DNA from: an uncultured Nitrospira sp.
GTDB lineage: Bacteria; Nitrospirota; Nitrospiria; Nitrospirales; Nitrospiraceae
Reading direction: 5' to 3'
Assembly (NCBI GenBank): GCA_964465695.1
Contig: CAYXKP010000001.1
Coordinates: 4,714-68,713, forward strand
Length of the DNA stretch: 64,000 nucleotides
In this document: piece by piece, positions 12,301-21,310 of the stretch
How positions within the stretch are numbered: the first letter of the stretch is position 1
Layout of the letters: every line of letters starts with the position of its first letter
The notes under the pieces: generated by a model
What the model saw: only the letters and a program-made list of their open reading frames with translations
The model's database searches: none
Told to the model about the DNA's origin: nothing
Position numbers and translations under genes: made by a program

Positions 12301-13712
12301 CCGTGGCCCGGGCGAGCGGCATCCATACGGTGGAAACCTTGGAACATCCGGACGGCGTCCATTTTTCTCTTGTGGCGAAGTTTCCCATTCATACGGACTG
12401 CGGAGAGACGCCCTTCATCGGAGGCATCGGGATCGATATTACGGATCGCATCCGAATGGAACAGCAATTGAAGGCCAGCCAGGAGCGGTTGCAGGTTTTG
12501 ACCGACAAGCTGGAACAACTCGTGGAAGAGCGGACACACGAACTCGTGCAATCCCGCGACGAACTGCGTGGTCTGGCGACCGAATTGAATCTGACGGAAC
12601 AACGGGAGCGCAGGAAGCTGGCGACCGAATTGCACGATCACCTGCAACAGACGCTGGTGCTTGGAAAATTGAAAATGGGGCAGAGTAAGCGGTTTGCGGC
12701 CGAGATGCCGGCGCTGGCCAAGATCATCGAGGAAACGGACGCCGTCTTATCCGACGCGCTGCAGTATACCAGAACCCTCGTGGCCGAATTGAGCCCGCCG
12801 GTGCTGCGCGATCATGGCCTCGCCGCCGGATTGAAATGGCTCGCCGAGTACATGAAGAAGCACGAGATGTCCGTCGCCGTGACCGTGCCTGACGGGGATG
12901 ACTTGCGGTTGCCGGAAGATCAGGCGGTGTTGCTCTTTCAATGCGTCCGGGAGCTGCTCATCAACTCATCCAAACACGCCGGGACCGGAAACGCGAGAGT
13001 CACCATGGAGCGCGGCGACGGGAACGTCAGAATCGTCGTAGGCGATGACGGAGCGGGCTTCGATCTTGCCGCCGCGGCGATAGCGACGCCCGGAGCTTCC
13101 GGCGGCACAACCGCCTCGAAGTTCGGACTCTTCAGCATCCGCGAGCGCATGCGGGCCCTTGGAGGCTCATTCCACATCGAATCCTCGCCGGGCCGGGGGA
13201 CAACCGCGACCCTGCTCTTGCCGTTGGCAGCCAAGCCATCGGCGGCGAAAGAACCGTGGATAGGGGAGCATGAACGTAGAAGAGGGGCAGCGGTTTCAGG
13301 CAAGTCGCCGCTCTCCACCGTCCATTCATCGTTCATCCGCGTGCTGCTTGTCGACGACCATGCGATGGTGCGGCAGGGATTGCGATCAGTACTGGATGCC
13401 TATGCGGATATGCAGGTCGTCGGAGAGGCCCGCGATGGAATAGAAGCGGTGAAACTCGTGGAGGAACTCCGGCCTCGGGTGGTGGTGATGGACATCAACA
13501 TGCCGAACATGAACGGGATCGAGGCCACGACGCGCATCAAGGCTCGGTGGCCGGAGACCGCCATCATCGGCATCTCCGTGAACAGCGGAGGAGACAACAG
13601 CGCCGCGATGCAGCGAGCCGGAGCGGTCACGCTTTTGACCAAGGAGGCGGCGGTGGAGCAACTCCACGATACCATCACGGAGGCGGTGAAGAAGAGCAAA
13701 ACGGCGGGATGA
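9357..13712 (+). CDS. 1451-aa double hybrid kinase: N-terminal sensor (PAS-like + GAF), HisKA (SHEFRTPL), HATPase_c, REC, PAS, PAS, HisKA_3, HATPase_c, REC
   Basis: Two complete kinase cores and two receivers are readable in one ORF. The first is a classical HisKA core plus a DLVIADVMMPRLDG receiver. The second is the same HisKA_3/REC cassette as the two neighbouring kinases. Confidence 0.9.
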   Translation: MKKHAPDESAGLSQMDSANVFFAGPGEMRTLMRQTDWAATPFGSVADWPQSLITAAGICLNSRFPMVLWWGPEQLMLYNDAWRPVLGRTKHPAVGKRGRDVWPEIWHIIGPMLRSVLETGQATWQDDQLLMVDRNGYLEEAYFTYSYSPIHLADGRVGGAFSAVSETTARFLGERRLRTLRDLGAQAAMAKTVEDAISNALRTLTANQADVPFALLYLTSQDETQMICRGMAPLESVVQEAARTVPLVTSETNFWAKLRQAFRTGETILMEDAQKHAGPLPSGPWPVSADRAVAIPLNTPGHDRSVGVLLVGINPCRAMDAEYETFLQLLGGHIATAITNARAYEEEKERAEALAELDRAKTAFFSNVSHEFRTPLTLMLSPVEELLAKSHTDLPPAAKSQLELVNRNGLRLLRLVNSLLDFSRIEAGRMRAAYEATDLSAVTAELASNFRSACERAGLRLVVDCPPLSEPVYVDRDMWEKIVLNLVSNAFKFTFEGEIEVSLREESGRSRHVILTVRDTGVGIPADELPRMFERFHRIEGSRGRTHEGTGIGLALVQELVKLHGGVVRADSTYGEGSEFTVTIPLGTAHLDPDRISPASKPASAVIGASAFVEEALRWLPQNGLSDLSGLARLSDDRTDQIDQTDRIDQSDSRTTRPRILVVDDNADMREYVSRLLSRSYQVESVVDGEAALQRIMIHPPDLVIADVMMPRLDGFGLLRALRSRPETNTIQIILLSARAGEESRIEGLERGADDYLIKPFSAKELLARVAGRLDLARVRRDAEQARLRLQDELQLIFDSAPVMIWYKDTQNHILRVNRMAADSINLPKDQIEGRDTAELYPEEADRYYQDDLIVMRTGRPRLGIVEPYRLPGGEQRWVQTDKVPMKNEAGDVVGILVLAQDITERKRAEEALTASERRFSLFMQNLPGLAWLKDAQGRYCYVNEAAQRVFRRSTQDLYGKTDREVFSAETAEQFIRHDQEAVARASGIHTVETLEHPDGVHFSLVAKFPIHTDCGETPFIGGIGIDITDRIRMEQQLKASQERLQVLTDKLEQLVEERTHELVQSRDELRGLATELNLTEQRERRKLATELHDHLQQTLVLGKLKMGQSKRFAAEMPALAKIIEETDAVLSDALQYTRTLVAELSPPVLRDHGLAAGLKWLAEYMKKHEMSVAVTVPDGDDLRLPEDQAVLLFQCVRELLINSSKHAGTGNARVTMERGDGNVRIVVGDDGAGFDLAAAAIATPGASGGTTASKFGLFSIRERMRALGGSFHIESSPGRGTTATLLLPLAAKPSAAKEPWIGEHERRRGAAVSGKSPLSTVHSSFIRVLLVDDHAMVRQGLRSVLDAYADMQVVGEARDGIEAVKLVEELRPRVVVMDINMPNMNGIEATTRIKARWPETAIIGISVNSGGDNSAAMQRAGAVTLLTKEAAVEQLHDTITEAVKKSKTAG
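11271..11306 (+). repeat. Two tandem copies of an 18-nt unit (acagaccRaatagaccaR) encoding TDQIDQ/TDRIDQ in the linker before REC1
   Basis: Read directly from the sequence; one mismatch per unit. Confidence 0.8.
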
Positions 13713-13906
13713 CGGTCGCTGTGCCGTCACGTCGCGATCGACGATGAGCGCCTGAATCGACACGAGCCCGCTCCTCTGCATCGGACGGACGGTGCAAACT
13801 GGCTTTTCGAACACAGCGAGAAACGGTATTCCGTTAACGTATGGTAGCGCCACCTAGGATATCCCCTAGCTGCGTTTATGCTTATTCAGGCCGATTCTCG
13901 GTGCCC

Positions 13907-15394
13907 ATGCGCTTCTTCCTCGTCTTGGTTCTTTTGATCGCCGGATGTTTTAAGCTCTCTCCTTCCGACGGCGGCAGCCAAACGCACTTCCAAGGCCCGC
14001 GGACCTTCAACGTCGAGGATATTGCGCTCCCTCCTCCCTATCGCATCGAACTGGTCGCCTCGGGGCTGACCTTTCCGACGGGTGTGACGTTCGACGGCGA
14101 GGGCACTCCTTACGTCACTGAATCAGGTTACTCCTACGGGGAAGTGTGGGATACGCCAAGGCTGTTGCGCATCGATCGGCAGGATAGGCGGACGGTGATA
14201 GCGGTCGGCGAAAACAATGGGCCCTGGACCGGCGTGACCTACTTGGAGGGATCGTTCTACATCGCCGAGGGCGGTACTCACCGTGGTGGACGCGTGCTGC
14301 GCGTGGAACGAGACGGCAACATCAGGCCGATCGTCGATGACTTGCCCAGCTTCGGTGATCACCACGTGAATGGCCCGGTCATTGGGCCTGATGGCCGGCT
14401 CTACTTCGGCATCGGCACGTTCACGAACAGCGGCGTGGTAGGGGAAGACAACTATCGGTATGGATGGTTGCAGCGCAATCCCCATGCGCACGATATCCCC
14501 TGCCGTGATGTGACGTTGCGGGGCGTCAACTTTACCTCGATGAATCCGTTCACCCCCCAGGCGGACGATGAAGCCGTGACGGGGGCCTTTGTTCCTTTCG
14601 GCACCACCACACAGTCGCGGCAAGTGATTCCCGGCCGTATTCCGTGCAACGGCGCAATTTTCAAGATGCCGATCGGCGGCGGCGCGCCTCTATTGGTCGC
14701 GTGGGGGTTCCGCAATCCCTTTGGGCTGGCCTTTTCCCCAGACAAGCACCTGTATGTGACCGATAACAGCTACGACGACCGTGGGAGCCGCCCGGTGCAT
14801 GGGGCGGGCGATCTCCTCTGGCTGGTTCACCAGGACACCTGGTACGGATGGCCGGATTTCCACGGCCGGTTGCCGCTCGACCATCACGATCATTTCATCC
14901 CGCCGGGCAAGCCGCAGCCGCCCTTGCTCTTGGCGGAGCATCCCAATCAACCGTCCAAACCCGTTGCCGTGTTGGGAGTGCACTCCTCTTCCAACATGTT
15001 CGATTTTTCCAGGAGCCCGCTGTTCGGCTACGTCGGGGAGGCGTTTATCGCACAATTCGGAGACCTGTCTCCGGCGGTCGGCAAAGTGCTGGCTCCGGTC
15101 GGCTTCAAAGTGGTGCGAGTGAACGTGGAGAGCGGGATAGTAGAGGACTTTGCGGTCAATCGTGGCCGGATCAACGGACCAGCCTCCAAAATCGGCGGGG
15201 GTGGGTTGGAGCGGCCAGTCGCCGCACGTTTTTCTCCGGACGGCTCGGCGTTGTATGTCGTCGATTTCGGCGTCATGACCGTGGGGCAAGGAGGCAAGGT
15301 ACGGTTACCCTGGGCCCAAAACAAGCCGACGTCGGAGCCCCGTCGCGGCACCGGGGCACTCTGGAAAATTACACGGTCGAGCACGGCCCCTTGA
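13907..15394 (+). CDS. PQQ-dependent sugar (sorbosone/glucose) dehydrogenase-like beta-propeller lipoprotein
   Basis: Lipobox LLIAGC at the internal start MRFFLV. Motifs LVASGLTFPTGVTFDGEG and NPFGLAFSPD..LYVTDN are typical of the soluble GDH/sorbosone dehydrogenase family. Confidence 0.7.
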   Translation: MRFFLVLVLLIAGCFKLSPSDGGSQTHFQGPRTFNVEDIALPPPYRIELVASGLTFPTGVTFDGEGTPYVTESGYSYGEVWDTPRLLRIDRQDRRTVIAVGENNGPWTGVTYLEGSFYIAEGGTHRGGRVLRVERDGNIRPIVDDLPSFGDHHVNGPVIGPDGRLYFGIGTFTNSGVVGEDNYRYGWLQRNPHAHDIPCRDVTLRGVNFTSMNPFTPQADDEAVTGAFVPFGTTTQSRQVIPGRIPCNGAIFKMPIGGGAPLLVAWGFRNPFGLAFSPDKHLYVTDNSYDDRGSRPVHGAGDLLWLVHQDTWYGWPDFHGRLPLDHHDHFIPPGKPQPPLLLAEHPNQPSKPVAVLGVHSSSNMFDFSRSPLFGYVGEAFIAQFGDLSPAVGKVLAPVGFKVVRVNVESGIVEDFAVNRGRINGPASKIGGGGLERPVAARFSPDGSALYVVDFGVMTVGQGGKVRLPWAQNKPTSEPRRGTGALWKITRSSTAP

Positions 15395-15400
15395 AGGTTT

Positions 15401-15742
15401 ATGATGCGACCCACCCTATGGCTCAGCGTCGTCATGATCGCCGCATTCACACTGAGCTGCTCCGCGCGCCGCAGTGAGCCCATCGTCGGCTCTATGCCGC
15501 TGTCCTCGGCCGGCCTCGCAGAAGGCCGGAACATATTCATGATTCATTGTCACCAGTGCCATCCCGGGGGAGAAGCAGGTCTCGGTCCCGCCATCAACAA
15601 CAAGCCGCTCCCGGCCTTTGCCGTTCGCATGCAAGTCAGGCATGGGTTCGGGGCCATGCCGGCATTTTACGAGAATGAAATCAGCGAGACGGAATTGGAT
15701 TCTCTCATCTCCTACCTGAAAGCGCTCCGCCGCCATGGGTAA
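15401..15742 (+). CDS. Monoheme c-type cytochrome (lipoprotein)
   Basis: One CHQCH heme motif, lipobox FTLSC. Starts 6 nt after the dehydrogenase, so it is a likely electron acceptor. Confidence 0.8.
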   Translation: MMRPTLWLSVVMIAAFTLSCSARRSEPIVGSMPLSSAGLAEGRNIFMIHCHQCHPGGEAGLGPAINNKPLPAFAVRMQVRHGFGAMPAFYENEISETELDSLISYLKALRRHG

Positions 15743-15778
15743 CCCCCATACCTTCTCCCGTTCGTTATTTCCTGCCGA

Positions 15779-17827
15779 GTGATGGACGCGTCCTTCGAGC
15801 GGCGACTCCATCGATATGCCGCCGTGCTGGTCATGCTCGGTTCGTGCTGTATCATGACGCCTCATCGATCGTACGGCGAGGACGACACGGTGGTCGCGCA
15901 GGAGGTCGTCGTGGCCGCGACCAGAATCCCGACGGCTCCTTCGAGGATCGCCGCCGCTGCGACCGTCTTGACGCAAGACGACATCCGCCGGACTCCTTTT
16001 CATAGCGGAGCACAAATCGACGACCTCTTGCGCTACGTGCCGAGCGTCCAGCCCGGTCTCCTCGGCAGTCGGTACAACCATCCCACCGCTCAATTCGTCA
16101 GCGTCCGCGGCTTGGGAACCAGGCGTGCGCTCGTGTTGCTGGACGGGGTGCTGTTGAACGACGGCTTCGGCGGTTGGATCAACTGGGGGTTGGTGCCGGA
16201 TCGAATCGAGCGCGTCGAAGTAATCCCCGGTGGAGGATCCAACCTCTACGGTACCTGGGCGATGGGCGGAGTCATCAACATCATCTCGCAGTCCGAGCGA
16301 CCCAAGACCGGCATGAGCAGTGACCTGAGCGGAGGGTCGTTTGGGACGAACATCCAGTCGATCCGCGCGCACTATGGAAACGACCGAACGGGATGGACGC
16401 TCGGCTACCGTCGTTTCGATGCGGATGGATTCCTGACGGTTCCGTCGTACCAACGGGGCCCCGCCGATGTACCGGTCGGGTCGGAACACCATCAATTTAC
16501 CGGGAGGGTCTCTCATGCGCTGACCTCGACGACGACCGCGACCATATCGGGCACGTACTACACGGAAGACCGGTCTTTCGGGACTGCGTCCAGTCACGGC
16601 ACCCGCGTCATCGGCACAGTGTCGCTCGGGTTGAAGGGGGATCAGGGGATATGGGGCACCTGGGAAGCCAAGACCTATGCTCAATGGCAAACGTTCCGTA
16701 ATCAAAGCGGCTTGGTCTTGCCCTCGCCGTTTCTTCGCCAATTCGATCAACTCGATCGTGTGCAGACGATTCCTTCCAACGATGTGGGCGGCATGGCGCA
16801 ATGGAGCGCCCCGTTCCTTTCGTTCTCACGAATAGTGATCGGCGGCGATGCCCGTGCGATCCTCGCCCAATCGGAGGAACTGCTCGTCTCCTCTCAGACG
16901 CGGTCAGTGACGCGAGGCAAACAAGTCGGCATAGGCACATTCGGCGAATGGATTGTCGAGCCCATCGATGCCTTGGTGCTCACGGCCGGCGCGCGCTGGG
17001 ATTGGTGGAAAAACTTTGGTGGATCGCGTACCGCAGGACCGGGAACAACCGCAGAAACGCAGGATAACGTCGCCAGCATCATCAATCCGAAGTTCAGCCT
17101 GCTGTATCGGATCCATGAGCGCGTGCGTGTCGGAGCGTCAGTGTACCAAGCGTTTCGCGCGCCGACCCTGAATGAATTGTACCGGGACTTCAGTTCCTCG
17201 GGGTTTGCGTTTTTGAGGAACGAGCGCCTGGAGCCGGAGCGGCTTACCGGCGGCGACATGAAGGTCGAGCTGGAACTGCTGCCACGCGGTCTTCTCGACT
17301 TCCGCGCAACCGGCCATTACGACGTCATCAAGGATCAAATCCTGTTCGTGACCCAAGGGTTCACATCTGCGATGAGGCAGAATATCGGAGAAGGTCGGTC
17401 CATCGGGACGGACGTCGAGCTGCGGAGCCGACCGGACGAGCGACTGTCCATGGCTGTCGGTTATTCGTTCGTGGATTCGATCATCACGAGTTTCCCGGGC
17501 AATCCGTCACGCGAGGGCCTGCGTATTCCGAATGTCTCCCGGCACCAAGTCACGGCGGCGGTCACCGTCGGACGGCCGGATACGGCGCAGCTGACGCTTC
17601 AAGCCCGGTACTTGTCCCGTCAGTTTGCCGATGATCTGAATCGACAACCGATCGCGGATTTCATCGTCCTCGATGCGTCGCTGCGCAAACGCATCGCCTC
17701 ATGGGCCGAGCTCTTTATCAACGGCGAGAACCTCACCGACCGTCACTACATCGCCACGCAGACGGGAGGCATCAAAACCTTGGGCCAACCGCTGCTTATC
17801 CTGGGAGGCCTGCGGGTCGATCTGTAG
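15779..17827 (+). CDS. TonB-dependent outer-membrane receptor
   Basis: Signal peptide, plug-domain signature (VVVAATRIP...VLTQDDIRR), long beta-barrel with NLTDRHY near the C-terminus. Confidence 0.85.
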   Translation: MMDASFERRLHRYAAVLVMLGSCCIMTPHRSYGEDDTVVAQEVVVAATRIPTAPSRIAAAATVLTQDDIRRTPFHSGAQIDDLLRYVPSVQPGLLGSRYNHPTAQFVSVRGLGTRRALVLLDGVLLNDGFGGWINWGLVPDRIERVEVIPGGGSNLYGTWAMGGVINIISQSERPKTGMSSDLSGGSFGTNIQSIRAHYGNDRTGWTLGYRRFDADGFLTVPSYQRGPADVPVGSEHHQFTGRVSHALTSTTTATISGTYYTEDRSFGTASSHGTRVIGTVSLGLKGDQGIWGTWEAKTYAQWQTFRNQSGLVLPSPFLRQFDQLDRVQTIPSNDVGGMAQWSAPFLSFSRIVIGGDARAILAQSEELLVSSQTRSVTRGKQVGIGTFGEWIVEPIDALVLTAGARWDWWKNFGGSRTAGPGTTAETQDNVASIINPKFSLLYRIHERVRVGASVYQAFRAPTLNELYRDFSSSGFAFLRNERLEPERLTGGDMKVELELLPRGLLDFRATGHYDVIKDQILFVTQGFTSAMRQNIGEGRSIGTDVELRSRPDERLSMAVGYSFVDSIITSFPGNPSREGLRIPNVSRHQVTAAVTVGRPDTAQLTLQARYLSRQFADDLNRQPIADFIVLDASLRKRIASWAELFINGENLTDRHYIATQTGGIKTLGQPLLILGGLRVDL

Positions 17828-18183
17828 CAGCGCGCTTCTCCATAAACCTCAGGACAATCGCAGCGGTGTGAGTGCAATCTGTTAAAAATAGTCGGATCTC
17901 TTCCCCAGTGAAGACCGGCCGCTTCCGCCGAGCACGACCACGCCGGCCAACTCATCAAGCATGGGTAAATGGCCCGGCGAAGTTACCGCCTGCTGAACGC
18001 CACCGAGACCCTGGCGAGCCTTGCGGGCCCTTCCGAAGGAAACGTACCACGTTAGAACGTGTCGCTTTTGTCCGGCAGCATGAACGCGATGTTCAAGTGA
18101 AGCGTTTTACGAAGCAGTCCACGTGTAGCTGACCGTTTAACCCTACCTGCCGCACACGATGGAGTAGCTAGGTTGGGAGGGAT

Positions 18184-18202
18184 GGGGAGGGTTCGCCTCC
18201 CC
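18184..18202. terminator. GC hairpin (ggggagg-gttcg-cctcccc) between convergent genes
   Basis: Perfect 7-bp stem with a 5-nt loop, followed by a T-rich stretch (gttttattttat). Confidence 0.35.
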
Positions 18203-18248
18203 GCGTGTGAGAAGTTTTATTTTATATTGTGTGAGATTTATATTGAGG

Positions 18249-18557
18249 TTACTTGTGGCTGCCGCCGCCCGCTTCTTTCTCATCCCGGGCATCGCGGGAA
18301 TCCCCACTGTCCTGATGTTTTGACACTTCCTGCTGATGAGCAGTGTCCTTGAGGCCGGACGTATCCCGTGACGGTTTGGTGCTTTTGTCCTGGGCAGTAA
18401 CTTCCTTGTCGTCCCTCGCGTCCCGTGTCTCTTTATTGCCCTCTTGGTGAGAACTGCCCTGCTTTGCCCGCTGCTCTCCCGCCTGCGCCGGAACAGAGGG
18501 CAGGCCCCATGCCCACAGCACCGCCGAAATCATCAACGCACTTGAAATGGTTCTCAT
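18249..18557 (-). CDS. Secreted low-complexity charged protein (Asp/Lys/Ser/His-rich), unknown function
   Basis: Internal start MRTISSALMISAVLWAWG... with SD aaggagg. Signal peptide, then a repetitive RDARD.KE motif. Confidence 0.5.
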   Translation of the reverse strand: MRTISSALMISAVLWAWGLPSVPAQAGEQRAKQGSSHQEGNKETRDARDDKEVTAQDKSTKPSRDTSGLKDTAHQQEVSKHQDSGDSRDARDEKEAGGGSHK

Positions 18558-18598
18558 GTCGGCCCCTCCTTTTCTGTTGATTGCATAGGCGCCAGCCG

Positions 18599-18736
18599 TT
18601 ATCTGGGACAGCCCGGATGTTTGCAGAGGCAAGCATTTCCCAGCCTATCGGCGGCGCGGCATTCGTCAGAGCAGAATTCTTGTCCCGCTGGAGCGGAACA
18701 TCGACATCGAGGATGGGCGCATTTCTTCTCAGCCAT
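18599..18736 (-). CDS. 45-aa Cys-rich peptide, bacterial metallothionein-like (8 Cys, 2 His)
   Basis: MAEKKCAHPRCRCSAPAGQEFCSDECRAADRLGNACLCKHPGCPR. SD aggagg lies 5 nt upstream of the internal ATG. The CxHxxCxC...CSxxC...CxCxHxxC pattern resembles SmtA/BmtA-type metallothioneins. Confidence 0.55.
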   Translation of the reverse strand: MAEKKCAHPRCRCSAPAGQEFCSDECRAADRLGNACLCKHPGCPR

Positions 18737-18816
18737 GGTTGCCTCCTGGACGACTGTGGCCCGCATTGCATAGCGTGCCACAGCTCCTCCCATCAATCAG
18801 CATTCATCACACCGCT

Positions 18817-19128
18817 TCACTTATCACGCTGCAACGTCGTCGTATGGCCCTGGTCCGTCACATAGGCTTTCACCATGTCGCCCGGCAACACCTTATCCAG
18901 CTTGGTGCTCTTATCAACATGAATCCTATGCTGTTTTCCGTCGTCGTCCTTTATGGAGTAATACTCCCCCTCAATATTCATCAAGGTGCCCTTGATGGTG
19001 TCTTTCGTCAGGCGCTCCTTGATGGTCGGGCTGGCTTCTTTCTCAGTCATCGCATCCGTGGCATAGGTCACACCGATTCCTGAACCCAGTAGTCCCACCA
19101 CGAGCATCGATATAAATCTTATTTTCAT
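18817..19128 (-). CDS. Secreted ~100-aa protein, unknown function
   Basis: Internal start MKIRFISMLVVGLLGSG with SD aaggaggg and a signal peptide. First gene of a three-gene minus-strand unit. Confidence 0.55.
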   Translation of the reverse strand: MKIRFISMLVVGLLGSGIGVTYATDAMTEKEASPTIKERLTKDTIKGTLMNIEGEYYSIKDDDGKQHRIHVDKSTKLDKVLPGDMVKAYVTDQGHTTTLQRDK

Positions 19129-19299
19129 ACTGTCCCTCCTTTCATTTTCAGTTAGTGTCGCGTGGGAGCGTCGAACCTTCAACTGGGGAAAGTCCTAGAG
19201 ATAGTTAGCTATGGCAATAAACGGGGGGCCGCGCGCGTGAAGTCATGGCAACTGTTGCATCCCTCCATCGTCCTGACCCGGCGAAACCGTTTTCCCGGC

Positions 19300-19940
19300 C
19301 GCTGTTTCTCTCTGTCGCCTCGATCTCAAACGCGCCGACCCAAAGGTAATCCGCAGCCGGATGACGGTTGTGGGAGAGCGGATTGTGTCAGAACTCAATG
19401 GCGAATCGTGCCTTGGCCTGGCGGTCGTTCGGCAGGCAGCTCACCGACCGAGAAGCAATCCGGCAGGCACTGCTACAGTTCGTGGGACGGGCAGGCGAAA
19501 AATTGCGCCGTCAGAATCTCCAGGCCAACCGCCTGACCGTATTTCTGATGACCAGCCCGTTTGCGAAAGACCGACCGTTCTATTCGAATTCAATGACAAG
19601 GGAAGCTGCTGTTCCCGATCGACTACACGCCGGATCTTATAGAGGCAGCCCCCTCAATCCTGGAGAAGATTTACCGGCACGGCCACGGCTACCAGAAATG
19701 CGGCGTCATGCTGACCGATCTGGCTCCGCCTCAAGGGAGGCGCATGATCTATTTGATGACCCGGATCGGCACAGGGAGTCCCGCCTGATGAAGGCACTCG
19801 ACGCCATCAATTCCGGGTATGGAGCTCGCACCATCCATTTCGGCAACCTGGGCGGCCCACAACCGCAGTGGGCCATGCGAGCGGCTTTCCGCAGCCCACG
19901 CTACACCACGCGCTGTGAAGAGATTCCACTGGTGCACTAG
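19300..19940 (+). pseudogene. umuC: 5'-truncated, multiply frameshifted umuC (Y-family DNA polymerase V) remnant
   Basis: UmuC-like segments occur in three different frames: ADPKVIRSRMTVVGERIVSELNGESC; RSFGRQLTD...AGEKLRRQ; DLIEAAPSILEKIYRHGHGYQKCGVMLTDL; LMKALDAINSGYG...WAMRAAFRSPRYTTR. There is no N-terminal catalytic half and no umuD. Confidence 0.75.
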
Positions 19941-20280
19941 CGGACTGTCACGCAATTGTCACTGTACTTAAGAAGCTGCGAGCCGCACGAGCCCAAGGGG
20001 TGATTCCTGCTCAGAGTGGACCTTCTACGACTTAGCCCGTACTCCGTTTGCAACACCCCGGTATATCTACGAGGGCGTATTCCCCCTAGTGTGCGGCGGA
20101 TAACCTTGGAGATGTCCCTAGTAGGCAATCCTTCGCGTTCATCTTATCTCAGATGAAGCCCGGAACCCGCTCGTGAAGCCGCCACGAGCAGAATCACAGG
20201 GCATTGTCGTATGTATTTGGATCACCGATGTGGGCCTGCCGTGGCAACGCCAGGAAGCAGGGTATCAGGGTATAGGGTAT

Positions 20281-20661
20281 ATGGAGGATGAACGGGCGTT
20301 GCAGGTCCTGATTGTGGATGACCATATCCCCGTCCGTAAGGGGATTCGGTCGATATTGGAACACCATGCAGATATTCAAATCGTCGGAGAAGCCGGTAAT
20401 GGCATCGAGGCGATGCTCCTGGTGGAACGACTTCGACCTCACATTGTCCTGATGGATATCAACATGCCGCAGATGAACGGTGTGGAGGCAACGGGACAAA
20501 TTAAGTTGCGCTATCCGGAGACCCTCGTCATCGGGCTGTCGGTGAATGCGAGCACGGAGAATCAGCAGACCATGAAGCGAGCCGGTGCCGTACGACTGAT
20601 CCCGAAGGAAGCGGCACCCGAACTGCTGTATGACGCCATTCAGGAAGCCATGAAGGGCTGA
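20281..20661 (+). CDS. Stand-alone NarL-type receiver (REC-only response regulator)
   Basis: VLIVDDHIPVRKG...IVLMDINMPQMNGVEAT...IGLSV...IPKEA. Paralogous to the REC domains of the three hybrid kinases. No output domain. Confidence 0.85.
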   Translation: MEDERALQVLIVDDHIPVRKGIRSILEHHADIQIVGEAGNGIEAMLLVERLRPHIVLMDINMPQMNGVEATGQIKLRYPETLVIGLSVNASTENQQTMKRAGAVRLIPKEAAPELLYDAIQEAMKG

Positions 20662-20702
20662 GAAGTTGATGGACATCCCGTGATCTGCTGCTGTCAGACG
20701 TC

Positions 20703-21227
20703 ATGAATGGTAGCCTGGCCCAGGACATTTTCATACAAGTGGGGCTCGCCGTTGCCTATTATGCGATCCTCGTGGTGATCATGCGGCTCGCGGGCAAACG
20801 GCTGGCGGGGCAGACCACGACTTTCGATCTGGTCATCCTCATCACCATCAGCGTCGTGCTGCAGACAACAGCGCTCCGCGAGGGAGTCCTTAACGCGCTC
20901 GTGTTCATTGCCACGGTCTTCTGTGCGCACCAGCTCCTCGCCCTGGTGTGCGCCCGTTCAAGCCGCATTCGTCGACTCGTGCGCAGCTGCCCCCGTCCTC
21001 TAATCCAGAATGCCCGCGTGGATTACCAAGCGCTGGAAAGCGAGGGGCTCTCCTATGAAGAACTGCTCGCCGGATTGCGGAAGCTCGGCTATTCCTCTCC
21101 GGAAGGGATACGAATAGCCACGCTTGAAGAGACAGGTCACATCAGCGCCATTGCCATGGAGCGCGAGGAAGCGGGTGATCACAGGAATACAGCCTCATCT
21201 CCCTTTCCTGCCAAGGGAGAGTCCTAG
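20703..21227 (+). CDS. DUF421/YetF-like membrane protein
   Basis: N-terminal TM helices with MRLAGKRLAGQTTTFDLV and a C-terminal soluble domain, typical of the family. Confidence 0.7.
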   Translation: MNGSLAQDIFIQVGLAVAYYAILVVIMRLAGKRLAGQTTTFDLVILITISVVLQTTALREGVLNALVFIATVFCAHQLLALVCARSSRIRRLVRSCPRPLIQNARVDYQALESEGLSYEELLAGLRKLGYSSPEGIRIATLEETGHISAIAMEREEAGDHRNTASSPFPAKGES

Positions 21228-21310
21228 TGGATTGCCACCCCCGCTTGTCGATATGACGTACGAGGTTAGATCCTGAGTCATCCTACCCAATATCCACAAG
21301 GAGGTTTCTT

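Noticed and set aside
15416-16801. 461-aa minus-strand ORF antisense to the cytochrome c and TonB receptor genes
   Set aside because: A GC-driven shadow ORF without motifs. The plus-strand products are clearly recognisable.
17872-18132. 86-aa ORF downstream of the TonB receptor
   Set aside because: It has an Arg/Pro-rich translation, no SD and no motif, so it is probably non-coding spacer.
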